A stretch of 64,000 nucleotides of DNA from the IMG/VR virus record IMGVR_UViG_3300002460_000024, positions 10,835 to 74,834 of that record; one strand, written 5' to 3'. Of the stretch, positions 1 through 7,508 are shown in pieces. Within the stretch, counting starts at the first letter, position 1, and each line of letters starts with the position of its first letter. The stretch comes from a virus. A program made the translations under genes and the position numbers. Below the pieces are notes generated by a model, which had not been told where the DNA came from, ran no database searches, and worked only from the letters and a program-made list of their open reading frames with translations.

Positions 1-85
1 ACAACCAAAGAGGAAGTGAGAATACAGTTAGTTGCCCGATTTGTATGATATACTGGAAATATGATTGCAGCGACTAACCTCTTAA

Positions 86-162
86 TTTTTTAAAAATAGG
101 TGAGGGCCAAAAACTATGGGCGGCCTTTAGCGCCAAAGCCTGTGTTGCCCATAGCCTTAAAT
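86..162 (+). repeat. Direct repeat of 1742-1819 (right half of an attC-like site plus cargo start GTTGCCCATAGCCTTAAAT)
   Basis: Near-identical sequence of about 77 bp, ttttttaaaaataggtgagggcc...gttgcccatagccttaaat. Confidence 0.9.
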
Positions 163-178
163 CACGAAAAAATTGAGT

Positions 179-385
179 ATGAAACTAAATAGGAAAGTAA
201 CATTAGAGCCAAAGACCATTAACCTAAGAGTTGAAGATAGAATGCTTAGTATTAATTATCGAATACGGGATGACATTACAGGAATTGGATTTGGTGATAC
301 TTGGGTTAATTTTACTCCTAGCGATAAGTTGATTGAAATATTAAAAACAGAAGTAAACGAAGCAATTAAAAACTATAAAAAATAA
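179..385 (+). CDS. Hypothetical cassette protein
   Basis: ORF after GTTGCCC; ATG at 179 preferred to TTG at 173. Confidence 0.6.
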   Translation: MKLNRKVTLEPKTINLRVEDRMLSINYRIRDDITGIGFGDTWVNFTPSDKLIEILKTEVNEAIKNYKK

Positions 386-390
386 ACACA

Positions 391-744
391 ATGGGAAATT
401 TAATTAAACACGCAAAGTTTGAACTTGAACTAGCTGATATGTTCAATGAAAAAGGAGATTTTTACGGAGGCATGACCGCTGGTGCAGTTATGGAATTGAT
501 TAAGGTTTTTGAGAAACAAGGACATTCTGGTGGTTCGGCTCCAGGAGTAATTGCTTTGTTTTCAAAACTAGCAAACTATGAAATAATATTTAATAGGATG
601 AAATCAGAAATTGAAAAACAATTTGGAGTTAAAATAACAGAAGCTCCATTTACATATTTAAGTAATGTAAAAGAAAACGAACTTATTTTATCATGCCAAA
701 AAGATTACAATAATATGATAATGGCTGTATTGACCCCAAATTAA
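391..744 (+). CDS. Hypothetical phage protein (QGHSGGSA motif)
   Basis: 117-aa ORF in tandem with its neighbours. Confidence 0.7.
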   Translation: MGNLIKHAKFELELADMFNEKGDFYGGMTAGAVMELIKVFEKQGHSGGSAPGVIALFSKLANYEIIFNRMKSEIEKQFGVKITEAPFTYLSNVKENELILSCQKDYNNMIMAVLTPN

Positions 745-750
745 ATTTAT

Positions 751-960
751 ATGAGCTTGATAGAATCAACTATTTTTCACGGAACTAAATACTCATTTGA
801 TAAGAGTAAATTAATCTTCGTTGGCTTTTCAGAAAACGGTCTTAACCTTGTTTTTGAAACAGCAGAAGTTGAAATTACTATTACCGATATGAAAGACAGA
901 GAGAGGCAGTACAAGGATATTATTAATGTATGGAAAAGCTACAAAGGTGATTTATTTTAA
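751..960 (+). CDS. Hypothetical cassette protein
   Basis: 69-aa ORF, tightly packed. Confidence 0.6.
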   Translation: MSLIESTIFHGTKYSFDKSKLIFVGFSENGLNLVFETAEVEITITDMKDRERQYKDIINVWKSYKGDLF

Positions 961-1047
961 TTTTTAAAAAGCGTGCAGGCCAAATTAAAAAAAGTACTAA
1001 AGAAACGAGAGGGTGAGTTTAGCTCCTACCGAAATTGCTGGTTATTC
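957..1047 (+). repeat. Direct repeat of 4981-5071
   Basis: About 90 bp, ttaatttttaaaaagcg...gaaattgctggttattc, present in both places. Confidence 0.9.
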
Positions 1048-1048
1048 G

Positions 1049-1142
1049 GGCTAACCTCCGAGGCTTTGCGTCAGTTTTAAAAATACCAATGAAAAAAAAC
1101 AGAAAAGACATTTTTAAAATTGCGTTAAAGCCGATGTTATGC
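1049..1142. other. attC-like hairpin A1
   Basis: GGCTAAC-ctccga-GGCTTTGCGTCAGTTTTAAAAAT...ATTTTTAAAATTGCGTTAAAGCC-gat-GTTATGC. Confidence 0.7.
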
Positions 1143-1189
1143 TTAGTATTTTTTATCATTTTTTGTGCGAGGGCTTTACCTAACTAACT

Positions 1190-1627
1190 ATGAAAGACAG
1201 AAACTTACCACATTCGGACAATTGGGCGACACCGCCTTATGTTTACGATAAACTTAATGAGGAATACAATTTCAATTTCGACCCATGCCCTTTGAAGCAT
1301 GATATCACGAAATGGGACGGATTGGAAATTGAATGGAAGGAACGGAATTTTATTAACCCGCCTTATTCAAAGGATCTAAAACCAAAATTCATTTTAAAGG
1401 CGGTTGATGAAATGAAGAAAGGAAAACTTTGCGTGTTATTACTGCCCGTTTCGACAAGCACAAAACTATTCCATGATATCATCTTGGCGAACGCAACAGA
1501 GCCAGTAAAGTTTTTCAAGGGCAGAATTAAGTTTATTGGACATAATACGAAGGGAGAATTGGTAAGTAACAAAAGCCCGATGCACGATAGTATGTTAGTT
1601 GTATTCGATGGGCGGGAAAAAAAATGA
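1190..1627 (+). CDS. Phage DNA N6-adenine methyltransferase (Dam-like, short form)
   Basis: DNWATPP, FDPCP, catalytic NPPYS and GRIKF motifs. Confidence 0.85.
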   Translation: MKDRNLPHSDNWATPPYVYDKLNEEYNFNFDPCPLKHDITKWDGLEIEWKERNFINPPYSKDLKPKFILKAVDEMKKGKLCVLLLPVSTSTKLFHDIILANATEPVKFFKGRIKFIGHNTKGELVSNKSPMHDSMLVVFDGREKK

Positions 1628-1640
1628 TAAAAAATATTGA

Positions 1641-1807
1641 GCATAACTCCGAGGCTTTGCGCTGAATTTCCTCCCTGCGGGAGATTCCGCTTACCAAGGG
1701 ATGTGCGAAGGACGGAAGATTGAAAGCAGGGAGGAAATTCATTTTTTAAAAATAGGTGAGGGCCAAAAACTATGGGCGGGCCTTTAGCGCCAAAGCCTGT
1801 GTTGCCC
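1641..1807. other. attC-like hairpin A2
   Basis: GCATAAC-tccg-AGGCTTTGCGCT...AGCGCCAAAGCCT-gt-GTTGCCC with one extra C; internal perfect 15-bp IR gaatttcctccctgc/gcagggaggaaattc. Confidence 0.75.
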
Positions 1808-1849
1808 ATAGCCTTAAATGCTAGATAAATAAATTTAAATAACGATAAT

Positions 1850-2224
1850 ATGCAGTATAGTCCAAAATTGAAAAAAGCAGCAGAAGAAATAAAAGCAATA
1901 CTTACGAAGTATGATATTGCTGGTGTTGTATTATTACATACTCCGGGGCATAGTGAATACTTATTACGATTAGACCCGTCTTATTCATGTGCTAATATGA
2001 ATGAGAAAACAGGCGAAGTAAGATTAAAAGCTACCGAGGCATTGCATGGTAAAAAGAAACGTGACCAAATGTTAGAAGATACTACAAATATGATTGTTTG
2101 TTTATCGGACGTAACCGCTATGCAGGCCATGAATCTTATTGAACTTCGTAAATTACTTGAAACTAAATTTGAAATAATAACACAGGATAACGGGCATACC
2201 ACCCATGATACACAAAACAATTAA
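1850..2224 (+). CDS. Hypothetical cassette protein
   Basis: 124-aa ORF. Confidence 0.7.
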   Translation: MQYSPKLKKAAEEIKAILTKYDIAGVVLLHTPGHSEYLLRLDPSYSCANMNEKTGEVRLKATEALHGKKKRDQMLEDTTNMIVCLSDVTAMQAMNLIELRKLLETKFEIITQDNGHTTHDTQNN

Positions 2225-2234
2225 AACAAAAATT

Positions 2235-2459
2235 ATGAATGAAAAACAAATGCTACAGTCCGCAGTAAATGAACTTCGTGGATTAAGAAAACAAAACGAA
2301 ATTATGAAAGCTCGTTTAGATATGTTCGATACTATGACAGCAATATTGCACACAGATATTGCAAGGCAAAACGGAGATGCAATGCACCCTGATATTGTTT
2401 ATGAAATTGATAAATATTTAACTAACTTAGAAAAAGAAGCCACCAATGAAACCAATTAA
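2235..2459 (+). CDS. Hypothetical cassette protein
   Basis: ATG at 2235 after an A-rich leader. Confidence 0.65.
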   Translation: MNEKQMLQSAVNELRGLRKQNEIMKARLDMFDTMTAILHTDIARQNGDAMHPDIVYEIDKYLTNLEKEATNETN

Positions 2460-2703
2460 ATTTCCAGAGGTTAATAAAACCTACGCAGAAAATCAACCTG
2501 AATATTTGCCGTTGCCAGTATTTAAAGCAGATACCCCACAAGGCGAATGTGTTTCTTGCTGGAAACTTTCTTTTCGTGAAAGGATTAGAATATTATTTAC
2601 AGGCAAGTTGTGGGTAAGTCTGCTTACATTTAATAAGCCACTTACTCCTTCTTATTTTACAACGAAGAAATCGGAAGTATTAACCTTTTCAAAAAATGAG
2701 TAG
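2446..2703 (+). CDS. Hypothetical cassette protein (QPEYLPLP motif)
   Basis: 85-aa ORF overlapping the upstream gene end. Confidence 0.7.
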   Translation: MKPIKFPEVNKTYAENQPEYLPLPVFKADTPQGECVSCWKLSFRERIRILFTGKLWVSLLTFNKPLTPSYFTTKKSEVLTFSKNE

Positions 2704-2823
2704 CATTTTTAAGGGGATTTTTAAAAAAAGCATAGCCTCGGAGGTTGCCCACAAAGGCGTATGGCCAAGCACAGTAAAGCAAACGTTTTTCAGTTTGCGA
2801 TGTGGTTGCCGTTTTAAGGTTGT

Positions 2824-3090
2824 GGGCAACGGTTTCGTGTTGCCGAAGTTGATGGCGAGAAGAAGGAATAAAGGGGCCTTTAGCGCCAAAGGCAATGCGG
2901 GTTTATTCGTTCTTTAAAAGCCAGAAACAAGGTCAAACTTTCATCCCATCAATTTTGAGCAACACATTGATAGGCTAAGTTTACCGGGGGAGTTGCAGAT
3001 ACCTTTAGAAAGTTTGTCACGAAACCGATAGGCTAAATTTAGGATGAGAGGTTTGAAAATTAATTGGCGAAATTTTGTAAAAATTTAAAA
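2824..3090 (+). repeat. attC-like hairpin A3 plus leader; repeat of about 265 bp of 5227-5492
   Basis: GGGCAAC-ggtttc-GTGTTGCCGAAGTTGATGG...CCATCAATTTTGAGCAACAC-att-GATAGGC; highly similar copy at 5231-5492. Confidence 0.85.
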
Positions 3091-3116
3091 AGTAAACTAA
3101 TAAATAAACGAAAAGT

Positions 3117-3416
3117 ATGGGATTATTCAGTAAAACACCTAAAGTAGAATTGCTACCGTTAGGCCATAAAGTAGAATTAGGTACTCGATTTTGGAAAGTT
3201 TTTGAAAGCAAAGTTTATGAATGTCATGTTGCAAGACTTTCAATAAGCCGTTCTGATGAATTATTTTTATCGCAGAACCCAAGTAGTAATTATGATGAAA
3301 CAAAGTATTTAATTCATACTATTTGCGACAAGCATGTTGGTTGGTTTCACGAAGAGGAAGTGGTTAAGATGATAAAGTTTAAAACAAAAAAAGAACTTTA
3401 TGAAAGTGATAACTAA
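3117..3416 (+). CDS. Hypothetical cassette protein
   Basis: 99-aa ORF between IRs GATAGGCTAAATTTA (3027) and TAAATTTAGCCTATC (3495). Confidence 0.7.
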   Translation: MGLFSKTPKVELLPLGHKVELGTRFWKVFESKVYECHVARLSISRSDELFLSQNPSSNYDETKYLIHTICDKHVGWFHEEEVVKMIKFKTKKELYESDN

Positions 3417-3418
3417 AC

Positions 3419-3509
3419 CTTTTAGCAGCTATGCTGCCCCGCCAATTCTTTTTTTAAACAGAGCAGCCGTGTGCGGTTTTGGGTTGTGGAGAGGTAAATT
3501 TAGCCTATC
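3419..3509 (+). repeat. Cassette 3' segment, repeat of 6030-6121
   Basis: About 90 bp, cttttarcagctatgctg...taaatttagcctatc. Confidence 0.9.
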
Positions 3510-3581
3510 GTTGACGGGTATGCGTTCGGTTTTGCTCCAAAAAATAACACGGCAAAACTGACGACATACCCGATGTTACAG
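3503..3581. other. attC-like hairpin A4
   Basis: GCCTATC-gttga-CGGGTATGCGTTCGGTTTTGC...GCAAAACTGACGACATACCCG-at-GTTACAG. Confidence 0.75.
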
Positions 3582-3635
3582 GCAGTTAAAAATGGCTAAA
3601 CGAAAATTAATATAAACAACTAAAACAAAACAACT

Positions 3636-3920
3636 ATGTGTACAGTATCAATGATTGGAGACCACTTCAATGACAAATGGAAACAACCATTTTATCAGCA
3701 AACTTTTACCAACATTCCCGAAATTACGAAGGCGGAATTTGATGCACTCAAAAAGGAAGTTGAAGAAATGAAAGCATTGCTAAAGAGAGCAAAGTTATAT
3801 GACGAAAAGAATGGAGAACCGAATTGCGAAATGGATGAGAAGATGACAATGCTTAGAAAATTTGCCGAAGCAGTTGGTATAAGTTTGGACGACATCATTA
3901 AGAAACCAGATGCCAAATAG
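3636..3920 (+). CDS. Hypothetical cassette protein (MCTVSMIGD; EPNCE)
   Basis: 94-aa ORF between IRs gttacaggcagttaaaaatggcta and tagccattttttattgcctgtaac. Confidence 0.75.
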   Translation: MCTVSMIGDHFNDKWKQPFYQQTFTNIPEITKAEFDALKKEVEEMKALLKRAKLYDEKNGEPNCEMDEKMTMLRKFAEAVGISLDDIIKKPDAK

Positions 3921-3934
3921 CCATTTTTTATTGC

Positions 3935-4064
3935 CTGTAACCGGACAAGCCTTTATTTAGTGCGGGCTTAAAAGCACTAAGCAACAATTAAAGATAAAAG
4001 ATTATGGAAAGCACAAAAGTTGATAATAGCACAGAACCCGCATTGAATAAAGGCATTGTTAGCA
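3935..4064. other. attC-like hairpin A5 (contains the start codon of the next ORF)
   Basis: CTGTAAC-cggacaa-GCCTTTATTTAGTGCGGG...CCCGCATTGAATAAAGGC-att-GTTAGCA. Confidence 0.8.
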
Positions 4065-4240
4065 GCAGTACGGCATTAGAACCGAAAGTTGTTAATCACG
4101 GGAATGTGTTTGGAACAAAGAACTGGTACACATTTTATTGCCCACATTGTGGAAGCCAAATAACAAACAGAAGTGCAAATTGCGAAGGAAGTTATCCAAT
4201 TAAAGGATGTAATGGGGCAATAAAATGGAACGAGAAGTAG
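4004..4240 (+). CDS. Small zinc-ribbon protein
   Basis: CPHCG and further Cys residues; N-terminus encoded by the hairpin arm. Confidence 0.7.
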   Translation: MESTKVDNSTEPALNKGIVSSSTALEPKVVNHGNVFGTKNWYTFYCPHCGSQITNRSANCEGSYPIKGCNGAIKWNEK

Positions 4241-4321
4241 TATTGCTGCTAACGGCTGCGGAATAACAGCAGTTTCTTTAGTACGTTTTAATTTTAAGGT
4301 GGGATTTTAAAAATAAATTAT

Positions 4322-4651
4322 ATGAATGGAAAAAGTTTAAAAGTTCAGAAAGCTGAAAAGTTTGTAGATGATTTTATTAAATCAGAAGGGCATACGCCCA
4401 CCTACAATGATGTAAAAGAATACATGGGCTTTAAGAGCAATGCTCAAGCCTATGGTATTTGTGCAAAATTCAGAGATAAAATGAAGGCAATTACTAAAAA
4501 CGAAAAGAGAATACATATTGAGATTGATGATGAAAACCAAATTATGGTTAGCCGAAAAGGATTTAACAACTACGAGGCACTTGGAGTTTTAGAGGCTACC
4601 GTTTTGATGGTTAAAAATGAAATATTAATAAGTATAAACAAGGGTAAATAA
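4322..4651 (+). CDS. Protein with a LexA-like winged-HTH N-terminal domain
   Basis: FIKSEGHTPTYNDVKEYMGFKSNAQAY resembles LexA DBD (G.PPT..EI....GF.S); no peptidase domain. Confidence 0.6.
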   Translation: MNGKSLKVQKAEKFVDDFIKSEGHTPTYNDVKEYMGFKSNAQAYGICAKFRDKMKAITKNEKRIHIEIDDENQIMVSRKGFNNYEALGVLEATVLMVKNEILISINKGK

Positions 4652-4653
4652 TT

Positions 4654-4791
4654 ATGAATCAGTTAGACATAATAAAAGAAGAACTCGAAGATTGCTATGA
4701 TTTATGGAGTAGATTTAGTTGTGACTGCCTTCATTATTATATGCTATATCTTGAAAAAAGGAAACGTCAATTAGAAATCATAAACAATTAA
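4654..4791 (+). CDS. Small hypothetical protein (45 aa)
   Basis: Hand translation MNQLDIIKEELEDCYDLWSRF...; below the ORF-track cutoff. Confidence 0.5.
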   Translation: MNQLDIIKEELEDCYDLWSRFSCDCLHYYMLYLEKRKRQLEIINN

Positions 4792-4795
4792 ATGT

Positions 4796-4975
4796 ATGTA
4801 CTACCATAACACTACTAAAAACCTATTAAACGAATCAGAGTTTGAAGATTTCTACTGGAACTACGAGGAAGGGGATTCAATCTTTAAAACGGAACGTGGA
4901 AATGCAATACTTATACCAATGACCTACGAGGAGGTAATTGAAAAGGCAAAGCATGATAATATAGTCGAAGAATAG
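4796..4975 (+). CDS. Small hypothetical protein (59 aa)
   Basis: Hand translation MYYHNTTKNLLNESEFEDFYWNY... Confidence 0.55.
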   Translation: MYYHNTTKNLLNESEFEDFYWNYEEGDSIFKTERGNAILIPMTYEEVIEKAKHDNIVEE

Positions 4976-5226
4976 TTCTTTTAATTTTTAAAAAGCGGGA
5001 TGGCCAAATTAAAAAAAGTACTAAAGAAACGAGAGGGTGAGTTTAGCTACTACCGAAATTGCTGGTTATTCAGTGTTAGCCTGAGTGCCATGCTAATAGG
5101 TGAACGCAAAGCTAAACGAACAAGGAGTTGGCTTATTCCGCAGCCGTTAGCCCGAATCGGGTTGGCGCAACAAAGTAAAGTCCTCCATTTTAGAGGACGA
5201 TTTGTTGCCTGTTGTGGTGGCATTCG

Positions 5227-5492
5227 GGCTAACGGTTTCGTGTTGCCGAAGTTGATGGCGAGAAGAAGGAATAAAGGGGGCTGTGCGGCCAAAGGCTTGC
5301 GGGTTTATTCGTTCTTTAAAAGCCAGAAACAAGGTCAAACTTTCATCCCATCAATTTTGTGCAACACATTGATAGGCGAAGTTTACCGGGGCCGTTGCAG
5401 ATACCTAAAGAAAGTTTGTCACGAAACCGATAGGCTAAATTTAGGATGCGAGGTTTAAAAATTAATTGGCGAAATTTTGAAAAAATTTAAAA
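5227..5492 (+). repeat. attC-like hairpin A7 plus leader; repeat of 2824-3090
   Basis: GGCTAAC-ggtttc-GTGTTGCCGAAGTTGATGG...CCATCAATTTTGTGCAACAC-att-GATAGGC. Confidence 0.85.
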
Positions 5493-5501
5493 TTTAAATA
5501 T

Positions 5502-5762
5502 ATGAGTACAGAAAACATAGAACAATGCCCAGAGTTTCCATACTTCGGAGCCTCTTATCCTGATGCAAGATGTGTAAGTGGATATTTACACGATATGGAT
5601 AGCTGTGATGAACATGGTAATTTATATGTAATGAGTGAAAGTCACCCATGCCCATTTTGTAATACAAAAGAATTTTTAAAAAACCAACGGGACAATGAGG
5701 CTGATATGACCAAAGTGAAAAAATGGATGGAAAATATTAAAAACGAATATAGCTATAAATAA
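5502..5762 (+). CDS. Cys-rich hypothetical cassette protein
   Basis: CPEFPYFGASYPDARC...PCPFCN. Confidence 0.7.
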   Translation: MSTENIEQCPEFPYFGASYPDARCVSGYLHDMDSCDEHGNLYVMSESHPCPFCNTKEFLKNQRDNEADMTKVKKWMENIKNEYSYK

Positions 5763-5764
5763 TT

Positions 5765-6037
5765 ATGAAAGACTTATTAAAGCTCCTATGGGAAAAGAAA
5801 TGGGAAGCCGATGAAGAATATACTAAAAATGCAAATAGATATTCAGAAGGCAAAAGTGATGCTTTTTTATTTTGCATAAATGAAATTCAACATCCAAAAT
5901 GTAAAGCGGATATTAAAGTTTTGGTGAATGGAAGGGTGGGTTATACTACCTCTGTTGTGGCTCATTCGGGGGGTATATACCCAGTATGGTTTGATGGTGG
6001 CGTGGAGTTTGTAAATGCTAAAGACGTAACCTTTTAA
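5765..6037 (+). CDS. Hypothetical cassette protein
   Basis: 90-aa ORF. Confidence 0.65.
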   Translation: MKDLLKLLWEKKWEADEEYTKNANRYSEGKSDAFLFCINEIQHPKCKADIKVLVNGRVGYTTSVVAHSGGIYPVWFDGGVEFVNAKDVTF

Positions 6038-6206
6038 CAGCTATGCTGTACCGCCAATTCTTTTTTTTAACAGAGCAGCCGTGTGTGACTTTGGGTTGTG
6101 GGGAGGTAAATTTAGCCTATCATATATCTGTATTTATCACAATGCAACATATTTAAAAACAGTACGTTAAATACGGTATATTTCAAACAATGAAAAAACG
6201 ATTGTA

Positions 6207-6602
6207 ATGAATATAGATAGATGGTCAGAGCAATTCGAGAAGGATATGCAAGTAATTCGTAATAGCCAAAGCACCCGTGATAATTATGGGTGCCAGGTTA
6301 AAATGTTTTTGGCATACTTTGAAAAACTCAACTACACTTCTCCTGAAAGAATTAATGCGGAAAAGATAAAAGATTATTTGCTTACAAAAATTAGCAATAA
6401 CAATCAGCGTCACGCCCATTCTGCTATAAAACATTTCTATAAAATTACAGTTCACCAGGAGCTTAAGTTTAGATTTATTCAATATGCGGAAAAAGAGAAG
6501 AGGCATCCCATAATTTTAAGCAGGGAGGAAACTAAAAGATGGTTTGAGGCGTGTACTAATGTAAAGCATAAGTGCATGGCATTGAAACCCAATTTACACT
6601 AA
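6207..6602 (+). pseudogene. Truncated tyrosine recombinase (integron-integrase-like N-terminal SAM-like domain)
   Basis: SQSTRDNY..VKMFL..F, SAIKHFY, HPIILSREE...NVKHKCM; stops just before the expected box I (Y..GLR) with no catalytic domain following. Confidence 0.8.
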
Positions 6603-6625
6603 ACAAAAAGCAAATAATTTAGATT

Positions 6626-6874
6626 ATGAATACAGATGTAAAAAAAGAGGTTAAAACAATAGAAGTGATTATACCACCAGACACAGACGAGGCAGTTCAT
6701 ATAATAAGATTAATTTTCCCCAATGGGTATAATGTTGCAATGACCCCAAATGCTTTAAAGGAGGTTATAAATGAGCATTCCGAGAAATATGGGGTTATAA
6801 TTGATGATGATATGAATAGAGAGAAATTTGATATGATTTTAAAAGAAAGACGCCTCTCCGCTTCTAAGGATTAG
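6626..6874 (+). CDS. Hypothetical protein
   Basis: 82-aa ORF. Confidence 0.6.
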   Translation: MNTDVKKEVKTIEVIIPPDTDEAVHIIRLIFPNGYNVAMTPNALKEVINEHSEKYGVIIDDDMNREKFDMILKERRLSASKD

Positions 6875-6967
6875 TCCTGTCTATTTCTTATTATTTCAAT
6901 TCCATCGTATAGCTCTTGAAAGAATAATTCGGGGAGGATATGCACATACTTAAATATAATTTTTACG

Positions 6968-7282
6968 TCATCTCCCTTCTCCTCTATCAAATCCGCATAT
7001 TACATATTCAGCCGTGCCAATATCTATTTTATCCTCCTCAGAAATAAATAGAATATCCTCGTAAGGATATGAGTATATGAATTCATGGAGAAGAGTTTTT
7101 GTAATCGTGTTGTAGTCGGGCCTCTCTTCAATAATTTTTAGATTATTAAAACGAATATTATGACTTTTACTTACAGAATCGAACGAATACTCGACAATGC
7201 TATCTGGGAATAAATTGCATATATTCTTTAAATAATTGTATATCAGTAATTTACTCGTCATCATGGTCATCGTAGGCGTCAA
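6968..7282 (-). CDS. Hypothetical protein
   Basis: ORF; true start probably an internal Met. Confidence 0.6.
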   Translation of the reverse strand: MTPTMTMMTSKLLIYNYLKNICNLFPDSIVEYSFDSVSKSHNIRFNNLKIIEERPDYNTITKTLLHEFIYSYPYEDILFISEEDKIDIGTAEYVICGFDRGEGR

Positions 7283-7508
7283 ACTTTTTACGAGCCCGTA
7301 ACTTGTCCTGGATAGTTACCACTCCGGCAGTAATTCCAACAACCAGAGAGACAAAAGAAAGTAAATGAAGCCCCACAACCACCCAGGAGTCAAAATTACC
7401 AAGCCATCCGAATAATTGTGTCACCCCATAAATCCCTGCTGATATTACCCAAACAAGCAATCCATTTCCTCCTGGGGGAGTATGATTAACATGATCTATT
7501 ACATTCAT
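7251..7508 (-). CDS. Putative holin/membrane protein
   Basis: Two hydrophobic segments and a charged C-terminal tail; next to the spanin. Confidence 0.55.
   Translation of the reverse strand: MNVIDHVNHTPPGGNGLLVWVISAGIYGVTQLFGWLGNFDSWVVVGLHLLSFVSLVVGITAGVVTIQDKLRARKKFDAYDDHDDE

Larger units (their letters stand above)
4247..5081. other. Giant attC-like site A6 with a gene-containing loop
   Basis: TGCTAAC-ggctgcg-GAATAACAGCAGTTTC (4261-4276) pairs with GAAATTGCTGGTTATTC (5055-5071)-agt-GTTAGCC. Confidence 0.6.
1..6121. mobile_element. Integron-like gene cassette array
   Basis: Seven hairpins bounded by ..AAC (or ..ATC) and GTT.. (or GAT..) separate short plus-strand ORFs. Cargo segments have terminal inverted repeats. 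The array ends next to a tyrosine recombinase N-terminal fragment. Confidence 0.75.

Noticed and set aside
5000-5458. 152-aa ORF (and the similar 2696-2917 ORF)
   Set aside because: They run through the repeated hairpin and leader sequences, and the frames are not preserved between repeat copies, so they are probably spurious.
86-6121. CRISPR array or insertion sequences as an explanation for the repeats
   Set aside because: The repeats are of unequal length and separated by whole genes. There are no regular spacers, cas genes, transposase or target-site duplications.
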